Made by a program: the position numbers and the translations under genes. From Massalongia carnosa (lineage: Eukaryota), in assembly GCA_965645245.1 (NCBI GenBank), contig OZ287075.1, positions 1,550,001 through 1,614,000 of the forward strand: a DNA stretch of 64,000 nt, given 5' to 3'. Positions within the stretch are counted from its first letter, which is position 1. The number at the start of each line of letters is the position of its first letter. Positions 11,238 to 23,676 of this stretch are shown here, piece by piece. The notes under the pieces are model-generated. The model saw nothing but the letters and a program-made list of their open reading frames with translations, did not search any database and was not told the origin of the DNA.

Positions 11238-13268
11238 CTACCCGCCTCCGGCCCCACCCATCCGCCGGATCCTCTCCTCCGCAGCCCTAGCCCTCCGTTC
11301 CCTCTCTAGCCGTGCCCACACCTCAGGCGTCAACCCCCTCGCCTCCTCTTCCCTCCGCTCGGCCCCCGTCTTTTCCCCGAACCCAAGTCCCAAACCCTTT
11401 TTAGGCCCCTTCCTACCCTCAACGTCTGCCTTTTCGAGAATAGCAGCTTCCCTTTTCAATCTCTCCGTCTCCGCCCTCCTCCGTTCCTGTTCCTCCCTCT
11501 CCGTCTCGTTCCGCTCGCGCTCGGCCCGCAGTGCAGCTTCGGCCTTTGATAGCGCTACCGGGCAGTGCGCCGTGCGCCAGTCCCAGCGCTGCTCGCCTAG
11601 CTCTGCGCGCGCAACGCGGAAGGTATCTCGCGTAGAGCGGTCGCCAGCGAGGTCGAAGGGCGGGTGGCCTTCCCCGTTCAGCAAGGTAGGGTCGGCGCCG
11701 GCTTTGGTGAGCAAAGCTAGCACAACGGAAGGGGAGTTAATGCTTGCGGCTAGGTGGAGGGGCGTTGGGGCGTGGTGGAATTGTTGCGTTGCTGGGGGGT
11801 AGAAGGGAAAATCGGCGGAAAGGGAATTGGTGGTTAAGTAGGACAGGATGGCAGCGACTTTGGAGCGGCGGATTAGAGCTTGGAGTTGGGAAGTGTGGAG
11901 AGCCGCCTCTTCCTCTTGCTTGGAAGGTTTAGGTTGGGGGTTAGATTTGCCCTGCGGTGTTGCGGGCGGTTTTGTCGATGAAGCAGACTTCTGCTCTAAT
12001 TCTGCGGCTGCTGCTAAGGCTTCCTCATTCACCTGACTGATTTTTACCCGCGTCAGTTCCACGAACGCACGCATGAGTTCCGCTTGCGTGGCGCGGCGAG
12101 TGCTAAATGGAAACCCTCGATTTCGGGAGTCATTGTGCCTCAAGACCTGTCCATCATAGGGCCCGAAAATGGTCCTCCTGTTCGCACTCCCCGTCGCTCG
12201 CACAAACACCAGCTGTGACTTATCAATCAAATCCCTCCATTGCAACAACAGAGCCCGTATCTCGTTTTCCAGCGCTGCTTCATTATATCGACGGATGGAT
12301 GCGCCGGCCGAGTGCGCTGCACCTTTAGCCGAATCGTTGGCGGATTGCGATCCTCCTTGTTTACGGCGGGTGGTGTAGCGGTGAAACGTCTTATGGGCAA
12401 TGACTGTTGCTTGACGTTCCTCGGCACCTGTGAATTTCTTCCCCATTTTAGAAGCTAGCGATACAATCATAGCAGCGAAGTGCCCGCCACCAATCATGCA
12501 GAGGAATATTTGCGGACTTATCATTGTGGACGGAAGGGGTACGCCATTGGAGGAGTCCAGTGAAACAGGATTTATAAGAGCAGGATGCAGCTGCTTCTGG
12601 CGAAGCACTTCTGTAAGGTTTGGCTCTTTTTCCAACTCTACATCCGTGAAAAGTGCTCGATAGATTCCCAAGGAAGTATTTGGCTGGAGCAAGGGCGTAG
12701 AGAACCATATCAACGGAGGCGCACCTGATCCTCTTTCCTTCTTCTTGGGCGTAATATCTTCTGCATCCACCCCATGCTGACTGATCCTTGCTTGCTTTTT
12801 AAGTAACGCAGTTAGAGTACTTTCCTTTCGGTCATTATCATTCTCGGACTCGGAGGATTCGGAGCCTGATATGCTCTCGTCCAGGTTTTCAACCAACTTC
12901 TCAAACTCATTCTCTGTGACAGGATTTTCGCCTCTAAGCTTCTGCTTCAAATTATATCCATGCCAGTCCGATTTGACATGCTGGCGTTGCTCAACAACGT
13001 TGGAGAATGAAGCAGAGCAAAGCAGACAGGAAGCGGCTGATGTGGAAGCAGTTCCATCATCTCCTCGCCGAGACCCGGGTGCATCAAGCTTGAGTTCTGT
13101 AGCTTCAATTGGTGCCTCGAAGTTAGCTGTAGACTTAATTTGTAGCGTTAGCAGTAGCTCTGGTGGAAGATCAAAAACTACCGTGGTTAGCGTCCACTGC
13201 AGGAGGGAGGTACAGTTTGCTATACCATAAAGCGGGCGCTTGAGCAACTCCACCGACTCAACGGGCAT
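11238..13268 (-). CDS. VMS1: Vms1/ANKZF1 ribosome quality control factor (C2H2 finger, VLRF1 domain, ankyrin repeat, coiled coil); intron 13178-13225
   Basis: CLLC...HVKSDWH zinc finger, GGGHFAA, HKTFHRYTTRRKQGGSQS catalytic loop and TPLHLAA ankyrin motif. Confidence 0.95.
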   Translation of the reverse strand: MPVESVELLKRPLYGIANCTSLLQWTLTTVVFDLPPELLLTLQIKSTANFEAPIEATELKLDAPGSRRGDDGTASTSAASCLLCSASFSNVVEQRQHVKSDWHGYNLKQKLRGENPVTENEFEKLVENLDESISGSESSESENDNDRKESTLTALLKKQARISQHGVDAEDITPKKKERGSGAPPLIWFSTPLLQPNTSLGIYRALFTDVELEKEPNLTEVLRQKQLHPALINPVSLDSSNGVPLPSTMISPQIFLCMIGGGHFAAMIVSLASKMGKKFTGAEERQATVIAHKTFHRYTTRRKQGGSQSANDSAKGAAHSAGASIRRYNEAALENEIRALLLQWRDLIDKSQLVFVRATGSANRRTIFGPYDGQVLRHNDSRNRGFPFSTRRATQAELMRAFVELTRVKISQVNEEALAAAAELEQKSASSTKPPATPQGKSNPQPKPSKQEEEAALHTSQLQALIRRSKVAAILSYLTTNSLSADFPFYPPATQQFHHAPTPLHLAASINSPSVVLALLTKAGADPTLLNGEGHPPFDLAGDRSTRDTFRVARAELGEQRWDWRTAHCPVALSKAEAALRAERERNETEREEQERRRAETERLKREAAILEKADVEGRKGPKKGLGLGFGEKTGAERREEEARGLTPEVWARLERERRARAAEERIRRMGGAGGG

Positions 13269-13518
13269 TGTGTTTTCTACCAGTATTTCAAAAAATAGAG
13301 TTGCTATGCAGACTTTTTTCGTTTCGCAGAAAGTTCGGAGGCGGAAATCTTGTCTGCATGGTCACGTCACATGTAATGAGTCACCATGTATATTTACGGG
13401 TACAATGATAGGATGAGCCATATACTCGTACCATAAAAAAACCGAGACTGAGAGTGAAGATAATCGATTTGGTTTGCGGTGAAGCTGGAGCTCAAGACCT
13501 TACATTTAATTGACACCC

Positions 13519-15097
13519 CTAATTCGCTTGACAATAATTGGCCGGAAAACTTCCCTGAACCCCTTTTAGTTCGCCTTCCCACCAGTCATCTGTACTATCC
13601 GTCTTCTTCACCACCTTAATACGATCTCCTTCTCTGAAAACCAAATCCCCTTGCCCTTGACCTGAGAACTCGTATAGAGCCGTGACCCAAAACCCTTGAG
13701 CGGAAGGCAATCTCTTGGGAGGCGGTGGTGGAGGTTTCTTCTTCTTTGCCGCAATCGATGCCATTGATGCTGTCGAGGAAGCCGAAGTCACTCGATCTCG
13801 GGTGAAGTAGTCTGCACGAGGACCAGCCGGTGCATGTATTGTCTGAAGATCACCTGGCGAAGGACTCACAGAAGACAAGTTATAGTTCGGAGTTGCTAAA
13901 GAAAGGGAGTTTTGAGATGGGGCAGAATATATTCTAGGTCGTTCATTCCGATCTAGTGAAGGTGTATCCGAAGTGGCGCTGATGGCAGGCGAGGGAGGGG
14001 GTTTGATTGCTAGCAACTGGCTGCTTGAGCGCCGCTGAGGATAGCCGTTGCGACCCTTGGTGCTAGAGACAGAGCCATGACTCTTTCCTTCCATACCCAG
14101 AGGCTGATTTTTGGCTTTACCACTGGCTAGACACGCCAAGCTAGTCTCGATTTCGCATTGGATGGGTCTGAAGTCTGCGCCCCAAGCGGCAATCACTTGA
14201 GCCATGGAAGGCGGGGGAGATGGAAATTTTTCTTCCTCGCAAAATTCATGCAACAAGGTATAAGAATGGCTTAGCAGCGTATTTTGCATCAAGATTTGAG
14301 CAGCAAGTAGATGTGGGAGCAATGAGAATGCAGCTGTAACAACGGGTGGCAGGCTGGTCTTGAGACGATCATCCGCGATGTTGTAATCCTAAGTCTAACT
14401 TAGTAATATGACGGAGGTTGCTTAGGAGAAGATGTTACATGATACCTCTCGGGCTCGATCCAGCTCCATCTCCGCTTTTGCTAAAGAGGCATTATCTCGT
14501 TCTGATCTATTCTTCTTCTTTCTCGAGTTATCAACCCTCGCTTGATACTTCTCGAAATCCAACTACAAATGTTAGCGCGCACTAGTAGATTTTGTTCCAT
14601 GGATATTCTTACCTTTTTGTCCCCTCGCTTTTTGATGACTTTCTTGAGTGGTTGAATCCAATCTTTAGCTTCCATCGCAGGTTTGATCAATCGGGTTTCA
14701 ATCATATCCACCTCATCAAGAAGGTCGGTTCTAAGCTCCACATATGCGTCTTGAAGCTTGGTTGTCCTTTCCATTATGCTACTCGGGGTTGCGAGCGGTT
14801 CGTGAACCGAGGACGTTTCATCAGACCCAAGAATGGGAAAGTAGATAGTTTGAAAGCCATGTACGAGACGTTGCTGTGTACCCAATATATCTCTCCATGA
14901 ATCGCGCCATGCCTTGGATGCCTCAATAATCTAGAATAAAAATGAATTAGCCAATGGGGCGAGAGCAGGAGAGAGCGTCTTCAAACCTTGGATAGCATTC
15001 TATCTGCATCCTCAAAGTCTTTGAGGAGGACAAAAACTTGAGACTCGTCTGCGGTTCTGGGCAGCAATTTGCCGAAATGTCTCTGCATGCTCTGCAT
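13519..15097 (-). CDS. BAR-SH3 domain protein (amphiphysin/endophilin-like); introns 14931-14986, 14563-14612, 14389-14445
   Basis: Exons join in frame (MQSMQRHFGKLL...; IKKRGDKK|LDFEKYQ). Helical BAR region, poly-Pro linker and a C-terminal SH3 (ALYEFSGQGQGDLVFREGD...WWEG...FPANY). Confidence 0.88.
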
Positions 15098-15758
15098 GAT
15101 GACAACGTAGGGTGAAAACGGGTTTGGAGCTTTCACGGAGATAGTAGATGGAGATTATTACTTAAATGTGCCATTGACAGTGATGAGTATCTTGGAGGAA
15201 GGAACATTGCAAATTCACATCTAAGGATCTAACGCCAACAGCTCGCTTTTTATAGCGATGGAAGAAGGGAGGATTGTTTGAGATGGACGAGGCTTGAGGC
15301 TGAGCACTAGGAGGGGGATCGCTTCGTAGGGTTTCAGCCTTACTGATGTATTTATTGTAACGCCATTGATGTCGGACTTGGCCATGAGACGAGACGAGAC
15401 GAGACATCCCCCATCATTTCCGATATGATTTAGAGAATCTTCACACATCTCCGCTATGATGAATGGTGGGAATTGAGTAAGGAGAGGCTTTTCCAAAAAA
15501 TATCCGCCAGCGGCGTCTTTTGATCTATTCCGTCTCAGAGCGGAATCCCATAAAGCATCTAACACGGGCCCAGGACCTTTCGTATCCTCCAGCGAAGCCA
15601 CATGTCACATTTGAACCCTATGTCGTGTAGAACCAAGAGTCAATTTGAAATGCTATCATAGAATGAAATACAACATACATAGAATTCTCCGATAACTGTT
15701 ATCGATTGGAGCGAAAGGGGAAATACAGAGTAATTACGGTATGGAACAGTACTTAATA

Positions 15759-15774
15759 TCACGTGATGACGCGT
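15759..15774. promoter_or_regulatory. E-box (TCACGTGA) plus MCB box (ACGCGT) in the divergent BAR-SH3 / DUF2439 promoter
   Basis: The sequence TCACGTGATGACGCGT lies about 200 bp upstream of the DUF2439 ATG. MCB boxes are typical of G1/S and DNA-repair genes. Confidence 0.45.
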
Positions 15775-15972
15775 TCATCACCCACTCTCGGTAGCACGGT
15801 AGTTACCTGCTCGGTACAAGACACCTAACTTCCTCGCAGACAACGGTCTGAGTGGTGCCAAAAGGGCCTCACGACCCATTTCAGATCGTATGTCTTCGCG
15901 AAAAGGACCCAGGTTCTATTAGAATGCTTAGAAACATCCTTTTCCTTGGAGACAAACCCTTATGTAGATTCC

Positions 15973-17814
15973 ATGCCTTCAACAGCTGTGCATCCTACCG
16001 CGAGCCTGACGGTGCCGTCAACCCAAAATACTGCCGTGGTGCTTGACTTCTGCTGTCTTTATACCCATGATCTTCGGCGGAAGGCGAAGAGATGGCAAGA
16101 TGGCATTCTGCGCTTCCACACCTTTAACAAACGGATCATGGTATATGACGTCTCGCGAAATTTCATTGGTGATACCCACTGGCGCGAAAGTGGCCTGCTC
16201 CAGGATGGGGATGAATTGCAGTTGGAGAAGGGCGTTCTTATACAAGTCGGCGAACTATCTGGGAGTGCCAATCAAGATATTTCGTCCCTGTTCGAGAAAA
16301 GAAGACCTGTCCAAGCAGTATCACCTAAGGATGCCTTGCAAACACGTCAAGAATCTGTTGCTGCACTAGGGCCAATTGCCGCATCAGCGTCGGGCTTAAG
16401 ACCCAGAACTCTGAACTCGGTATTGGGGACACCAAAAGGACCACTTGGGAGAGCTGCCGTTCCTTCAAAGTCACCATGTCAGCTTCGTCGCGAGAACCAC
16501 TCTAAGCCTATGCAGGAGGAAAGGCCTAGTAAAAGACAACGAGTAGGGAACCCGTCGGAAAATGCAAGCATACCAGCCAGGGTGTCCCGTCTTACGACAT
16601 CTGCCTTGACGAGCTCCCCTTCCATATACAGTCGCGTTGTTGATGATCAACCCACAGCCGAGAATGTTATACCAAGAGAGCGAGACTCGGCGTTGCAAAA
16701 CCTCCAAACACCAGCTGAGCAGATTGCAGCAAAGACAGTCCTAGCGAAGGCGTCAAAACAGGATAACTCAAGTAGGGAAAGCCACACTCGTAGTGAAAAC
16801 GCATTGTCGACCAAACGGCTGGCAAACTCTATATCGACAGAATTACAGAGAGGCAGGGTGGTATCGAGCGAGGTACCGTTGAACAGCGTAGCATTAATCA
16901 AAGCCAAATCCCTTGCAGAATGTCAACACGAGCAACAAGGCATCGAATCTGAAGCGGTGAATCGACTTCAAATCATCTCACGGAAACCTCGAAAGAAGCT
17001 CTTGTATGGGGCTCTGCTGCCTCTAATACCTCAACCCACGAAATCCATACCATTTACCAGCGTTCCTAAAGGAATCAGTCTGAAGCCCATGGAACCTGAG
17101 AGACAAAAAGATCCACAGAGCAAATTCCATCAAGCACAACAAAACCAGCTCCAAGCCCGCCTACAGAAACTTCACGAGAAGGAGCGAAGGCAGGCATACA
17201 TCATCAACGAGCCCGAGTCTCCCAAAATGTTCATCGATTCGGAAGAAGACGGAGAAGAAGACGGAGAAGAAGGGGGAGAACCCTCATTGCTCCCATCAAG
17301 TCTTGGTTCAATCAAGGACAAGCCTCCAGACAAATCTCGAACCCGGCAGAACCTGCATACCTCTAAACAGCTTCAGAACCCCCCTATATTCCCACTATTT
17401 ACCAAATCCCCAGTCGGCACTTCTCCCTTGGACCAGATCTTCTTAAACACCTTTTCAAAAACTTGCCCACAAAGTCCTCGAAACTTCCAACCTCCCGAGC
17501 TTCCCGAGCCTCCCGGGCACCAAACAGCTATCCCCCAAATCCAACCGATCATCCCACCCCCTCTCCCCAAACCCATTCCACCCTCCCATATCCATCACCT
17601 AAATCGCTCCACCTCCCTCACCTCCCCGACCGCTCCCCCCCCCAAACGCTCCTCTTTCCGAAAAACAGTCTCGGATCTCACGGCTCCCCTTCCGGGGGTA
17701 CAGCATCAGCCCACCACGCCAGCACGGGAGCTAGCGCAGGACCAAAAAGCCGATCCGTGGAGTCGGGAAGCATGGGATCTTTTCGGGCATGAGCGCCCCC
17801 AGCGGCCGGCTTGA
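15973..17814 (+). CDS. DUF2439-domain protein (Mte1/Dbl2/ZGRF1 N-terminal-like; DNA repair-associated)
   Basis: FCCLYTHDLRRKAKRWQDGILRFHTFNKRIMVYD...GDELQLEKGVLIQVGE matches the DUF2439 pattern. The remainder is low complexity. First ATG at 15973. Confidence 0.8.
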   Translation: MPSTAVHPTASLTVPSTQNTAVVLDFCCLYTHDLRRKAKRWQDGILRFHTFNKRIMVYDVSRNFIGDTHWRESGLLQDGDELQLEKGVLIQVGELSGSANQDISSLFEKRRPVQAVSPKDALQTRQESVAALGPIAASASGLRPRTLNSVLGTPKGPLGRAAVPSKSPCQLRRENHSKPMQEERPSKRQRVGNPSENASIPARVSRLTTSALTSSPSIYSRVVDDQPTAENVIPRERDSALQNLQTPAEQIAAKTVLAKASKQDNSSRESHTRSENALSTKRLANSISTELQRGRVVSSEVPLNSVALIKAKSLAECQHEQQGIESEAVNRLQIISRKPRKKLLYGALLPLIPQPTKSIPFTSVPKGISLKPMEPERQKDPQSKFHQAQQNQLQARLQKLHEKERRQAYIINEPESPKMFIDSEEDGEEDGEEGGEPSLLPSSLGSIKDKPPDKSRTRQNLHTSKQLQNPPIFPLFTKSPVGTSPLDQIFLNTFSKTCPQSPRNFQPPELPEPPGHQTAIPQIQPIIPPPLPKPIPPSHIHHLNRSTSLTSPTAPPPKRSSFRKTVSDLTAPLPGVQHQPTTPARELAQDQKADPWSREAWDLFGHERPQRPA

Positions 17815-18792
17815 TTGGGGGGTGAATGAAGGCTGTTGGTTAGTGGTCCGGAGACTAGTGGTTCAATATCGACGAGCTGTGGGGATACTACTACATGTAG
17901 ATTATACTCGGGCTATGAGTCCGAGCATAACGTTGCTTACGATCCACTTACGAGTGCTTTGGAGACACCCCGAGCTTATCTACGGCCATGGCGCTTTGCA
18001 ATTTGAGATACCTAGCTCCCTCGCAGTGATTGATGTTCCTTCTTAGAGAAAAAAATAAAAGATCAAGGAATAGCCCAACTAGCATAACTTCCTTTCCTTC
18101 CCTCTGCAATGAAACGTCAACCGTGTAGAAGGGCGATGAACTCCTCATATTTGCAGTTTGATTGATGTATCCTACCTTGCATGTCTAAGATAGGTAATAT
18201 GTAAAAGCCGGTTAGCTAACTAACCTATTCCAATCTAGCTAGCTAGCTACCCATCCATCCATCCCATGTATCTACCAAACCTAGCGTATTGATCCATCAG
18301 CTAGCAATCATCAGATTATATTAACCTACTCCCCCCTTTACACAGTAGCGAGAGCATTAATAGATCACCATCATCAGTATGTAATAAAGAAAAAAAAAGG
18401 AAAGAGAAAAGGGATATGATCAACCTCGCTTCCTACCACCACCGCCGCCTCCCGGAATAGGAAAGAAAATAGGGAGCGAGAGAGAGGGATCGTATTGTGA
18501 TTTTTTCCCGAGCATATTATAAATAAGGGTTTGGGTGGTTGGTTGGTTGGTCGTTCGTTGATGTCGTTCATATCGTTCCGGTAAAACACTCGCCGGGGTC
18601 CGAGAAAGATCTGGTTGTACGTATGTGTTATATTTGGCGGAAAGGGTTTGCAAGAAATTATTTGGGGATCGCGGCGCATGAAGCAGACAGAGCATTTGAG
18701 GCCCAGCTGACTAGGCGGGTTTGGCACGCTAGGTTTTTCACGAGGACGAGGTTCTACTCAGCGAGGTTAGGTCGGTGGGTTATTTTTATGTC

Positions 18793-21700
18793 TTACTCCA
18801 TCGCAGGAAGCTGCGCGTGAGAATTGGCGCTAGCGCTCGCGTGCGATGCGTACGAATGATGGCGAGAGTTTCGCGATAAGGAACCGACGTCGTGGCGACC
18901 TGAAAGGAGGGAATCCGCTTTGTTAGCCGATCGACACTTGCAAGCCTTTCGAAGGGCATGTATTAAATACATAAGGGAGGGAAGAACTTGACCATACCAT
19001 CGCAGCACGCTCTCACATTCTCTAACTGATCAGCCTCACGCTCCTGCTGTGCAATCACCTGCCGTAGATCCTCAGCGCTGTCGTGCGCGGAGGCACCTCC
19101 CACCTCCTCATGCCCTCTGTCCAGGTCCGAAGGGTTTTGCTGATGGGTTGTGGATCGGCCCTGTCGACCTGAAAGGGAGCCATAACCCGGCGTGTTGCCG
19201 TGTTTCCAATAACCACTCAGGCGCGAAGCCAGAGAGCCCTGAGACTGGGTAGGCTGCTGTTGCTGCAGTTGTTGTGAGTAACGGCTATTAACTGAAGAAG
19301 TTTGCACTGTGCGCGCTGCGACGGAACTTCTGCTTCGGGTAGGAACCCCAGATGGTGGATGCATGGTTAGGGAACGCTGGCTAGCATTGCTTTTGAACGA
19401 GGCGAAGGAGATGCGGGAGGCGACGGTGCGGGAAATACGGCGGCCGTAAGAAGGGTTGAACTCATCAAAAGCTTCATTGGTCATGTTGTCATGGTCGATT
19501 ACATAAGGGTCAGGCCCGGTGGTGCGCTGGAGGAGATAGGAAAGTGCGTTGAACCAAGTTTCGTGACGTTGGCCGGTTGTGGCCGTCAGTTTCACGGAGC
19601 GACCCGGAGTGATAATAACGAGACTTTTACGATGAAGGCCAGGCGGCAAAGGGTTATCATCCATGACAACCTGGACGGCTTCAATGGAGACGCTTTTCGC
19701 TTTCAATTCCGCGCGGCCGGCGTTGGAAGGGTCTGTGTCGCTCCAATACAGCGTTCGAGTGTACGGATGGACCCAAAAAAAGCGGCGATGTCGATTGCTA
19801 GACATCTCCCCTCGGCCAGCTTTTCGTGTGTATTTCCATAGAAACTCGCCGATCATGGTTTGCGTGATAGCTTGAATCATGCGAGGGTCGGTGCCGCTCT
19901 CGAGTTCATGCGGTATCGGCATACCATCAAGTCGAATGTTGAATCTTTCATCAAGCTCAGACGCGAATGAAGAGACAGATGATCGCCTAGAAACTTGGCT
20001 TCTAGTGGAATTTCGGACTCGAGGGGTCGTTCCCGCTCTAGAAGCAAAACTTTGTATGCGCTGCTCGCTTGGGGTTCGTGGCCTGCTCGGTGTTCTGGGC
20101 CTCGTCACGTTCGGTTTATATGCAGATGCAGGAGCGAGCGGGGGACCCATGACAACTGCCGACGGGTCCACAGATGGAGCCCTTTGAGCTGCAGCGGCGA
20201 TGGCTTGTTGGTGGTCTGGAGGTAGCGGTGGGTATTGACCAGTCCGTGAACGTATGCTAGTCGCACTAAGAGGGCGCCTGGGGATCTTTGCAAACGTGTT
20301 GGCCTCTCTAACGTTTTGTTCTGCCATTTTCCCCTTGACGGTGTCCACAAGCTCTGGAAGCCGAAGGCTAGCTGGTGGTGTTGAAACGGCTCCGATCTCA
20401 GTGAGCGGTTTCATTAGTGATGGCGTATTTGTAGTTTGATTGTTCGTTGGCCGCGGCTTTTGACTTGATTGAAGCATGCTGTCAATTTGCTCTGATGAGA
20501 GGATTGTTTGCGAGCTACGATCTGCCATATCCATGTATGTGGGAGGGTATTCGTTCGTTTGACCAACCTGCTTCAGATTGTACTGCTGAATAGAACTAGA
20601 GTTGATTTCTCCGAAAGGTCTCTTGGCCTCCCCATTGGTTAAGGTTTGGGGGAAACCAAAATCTTGACTTGTCTCATCCTCGGCGAGTTGGGGTGCAGGC
20701 GCCAGTTTAGATCCGTTCGCCCCAAAGATTGTGTCTATAATTCGTGATGTATCCGCTCCTGAATGAGCACTGGGCGTACCAGAAGCATTGGTACGCACTA
20801 CTGCAGCTGTTTCCGTGTTCCCGTTGTATTGCGAGGATAATGGTACGTTTTCCGGAGTAGGAGCAGTATCAAGACTCTGGATAGGTGAAAGAGAGAAGAC
20901 AGGTAGTTTTATTGAAGTTTCAGCTAGCGATGCTGCTGATGAATGTGCTAATGTTTCCCCAGGAGAAGGCGCTCCATGCTCGGAGAAGTCCCGCGATCGT
21001 TGATCACGAGCGAGAGGCTCATTGGGTGATTCAGGGGCATTTATCACTTGAGAAGAGGCAGCCTTCTCTGACAAAGGAGTTGATCCCGAAGTATTGCCAA
21101 AAGTTGGGATGATACTGGCAAACATGTCAAGAGGCTGATCCCATATTGTGCGTGGTGGTGTTGGTGTAGCAATAGGCTTAGTCTGAAGGCTGGGGCCATT
21201 TCGTATTTCAACATCTGCATTTTCCTTCTGGGGCGTCCTAGGTGTGACGCTGTCAGCCTGCTGAGCGGTTGTGGCTATGGCAGTGGTGGGTCTTGGTTGG
21301 TCCATGGTTTGCTGCATAGGTTCCCATGGATCTGTCATCATACCAGAATCGACTAAAGGTAATCTAGGAACAGGAGGGTCTGCAACGCTTTGTCCAATGC
21401 TGGAGGTTCCCACACCAGGTGTTGATCGTCGTGAACTTGTACTTCTCGTCATGCTTGGAGTTGAGCGATGTCGGCTAATGCTTCTGCTTTTACTACGTAC
21501 GGAATGGTGTGAACTAATACGTCTGCTTGGCGTTCCATCGACCTCTTCACCACTATCACCATTATCAAGATCGCCCAGCTCGGCAAAAAGACTTTGGCTG
21601 CCCTGCCCACCACTTTCAACAAAACTTGCAGGGGAATTCTTGGCGCTTGAAGGGTTGCTGTCAGCAAGAGGCTCGCTACCAATGCGCGACTTGCGAGGAC

Positions 21701-23676
21701 CGCGGTTGATTTTTAGACGGTAACGTGGGGGTTGAGTCTGAAGGGGTGTCTTCAAGCTAGCTTCCTCGTCGTCGGTTGAAGCGGTACTCCTATAGGATGA
21801 CCTATCGCTGGCTTTTGTAGACTTCAGAGTAGCCGGTCTTGGGGCACGCACGGTACCACCCCGAGTAATACCATCTTCAGTCTCTGTTAACTCATCACTG
21901 CTGGCTCCGGCAATACTTTCTGCACCTGTCTCGAAAGCTTCATTTTCAGTAGGCGAGTCACGTTCGTTGGCTGTCTCAAAGGCGTCCTCAGTTTCGTTCG
22001 CGGTTTGATAAGCGTCAGCCATATCAGCCCTTTCTCCGGCTTGAGAATCCGTGGTGGCAGAGAGTAGTCTATGCCCACCAGCATGATTGAGGCTACCCTC
22101 ACCATTATGGTCCTCCCATTCAGCTTCGTCAAGCAACACATCAGTCTTACTACTCCGGCCTTGTCCCAGCATGTTCGGTCGAACTGACTTTCTGCTAACG
22201 TCGTTTTGTGACTTTGTTTTGAGCCTTTTGTTCTCATGACTTAGTCCTCCCAGCTCACCTCGTCGCAACTCCAGTTCGTCTCTCGCATCCTGCAACATCC
22301 TTTTTAGCTCCAACTTTTCGGTTCTCTCCCGGTGAACATTGCCTTTAAGATTCTGGATCATACGATGGGCATGGTGAAGCGAGCTTTTTAAGGTCTCGGT
22401 CTCAAGCAGTGTGTGTCTCGGAACGCCTTTCGTGGGCGAAGGTGGAGGGGAGTGTTCTGGTTCCGACCGCTCCGTTGAGTTGTCCTCATAGTCGGGAGCA
22501 GGTCCTTTGTTTGACTCGTTATTTTCATTCCTAAAATGGCTGGCGAGCGCTTTCGCAAGCTCCGAATTTTGAGTTGTTAATTCCTCTACCTTCCGCTGAA
22601 GGACATTCTTTTCGCTATCCGCAAGGTTCACGTTCCTTCGTAGACCAGCAAGTTCTGAATCATGGTTTTTACGGGTGGATGTGAAATCTCCTAACAATCT
22701 ACCATGATTTTGCTTCAGGTCATCCAAATCCCGCTGCGCCTCACTTTTCTCAGAGGCGGTAAGTGCCAGTGCCTGTTGAAGTTTTTGTTCCCTGGTGGCT
22801 GCATCTTTCACTGCCGCCATCAGTTCGTGAGTCTGCGTTTCTAGATTCCAGTTTTCGTCTTTGTAACGCTGCTCACTTTCGTCCAGCGACTTAAGTCGCT
22901 GCGAAAACCCCTCTGCTTCAAGCTCTAATCGAGATTTCTCCAAAATTGCAGCTTTAAGTGCTTCATCGCGCTCGGAGATGACCGTTTGTAGTTGCCTGAC
23001 CTGGGCTATGAGTGAATTGTTAATATCCACCGCAAACTCAATATCACCCACCCGATTCGAAGGTTGATTCCGTTGCTTTCGGGGAACGTTGAGCTTCGAC
23101 GGAGAATCTGTCGCTTCGCTAGAGAATTTTGATGGACTAGCCGGACGCTGGAACTTGCTGTTAGCGGAGTCAACTAACAAACTAGAAAGGTCTTACTTTA
23201 GCATCTAACGCAAATGGCGAATTAAACCCTGCCCCGGATCCTTGGCCATCGGTTTTTGGACCTAGAAAGGCTCTTGCGCTCGCTCGGCCAACTTCATTGT
23301 ACTCCTTCTCACTATCTATCAGCTTCTGTCTTAGTTCTGGACCTATTTCTCCATCAGTTTGCTGTGTTTCAACGTCCCGTAGCCGTTCCGATAGATGCTT
23401 CTTTTGCTGGAGCAGCGCCGTGCCCAGCCTTGAGGTCTCCTGTAACCTTCGCTCTGTTTCGGCCATATGCGCCTCGAGAGCACGTTTTGCCTGCGAAGGC
23501 GATGAAGAGGGATGATTGAAAGCGAAAAGCTGCATATCGAACGACGAGAATCGATGTGGGTGCGGATGCTGCGCCTGCGGTGGTGTTTTAAACGGATCCT
23601 CATCTTGGGAATCTGATCCATTCGAGCCTTTCACGCCCACAGCATGGCGAGGCATACTAGCCAAGGAGGCAGACAT
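18793..23676 (-). CDS. apsA: Cortical dynein anchor / nuclear migration protein ApsA (Num1/Mcp5/Ami1); introns 23148-23196 and 18900-18997
   Basis: N-terminal coiled coils and a C-terminal Mcp5-type PH domain (DPRMIQAITQTMIGEFLWKYTRK...RHRRFFWVHPYTRTLYWS). The terminal LENVRACCDG|RHDVG is restored by splicing. Confidence 0.93.
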
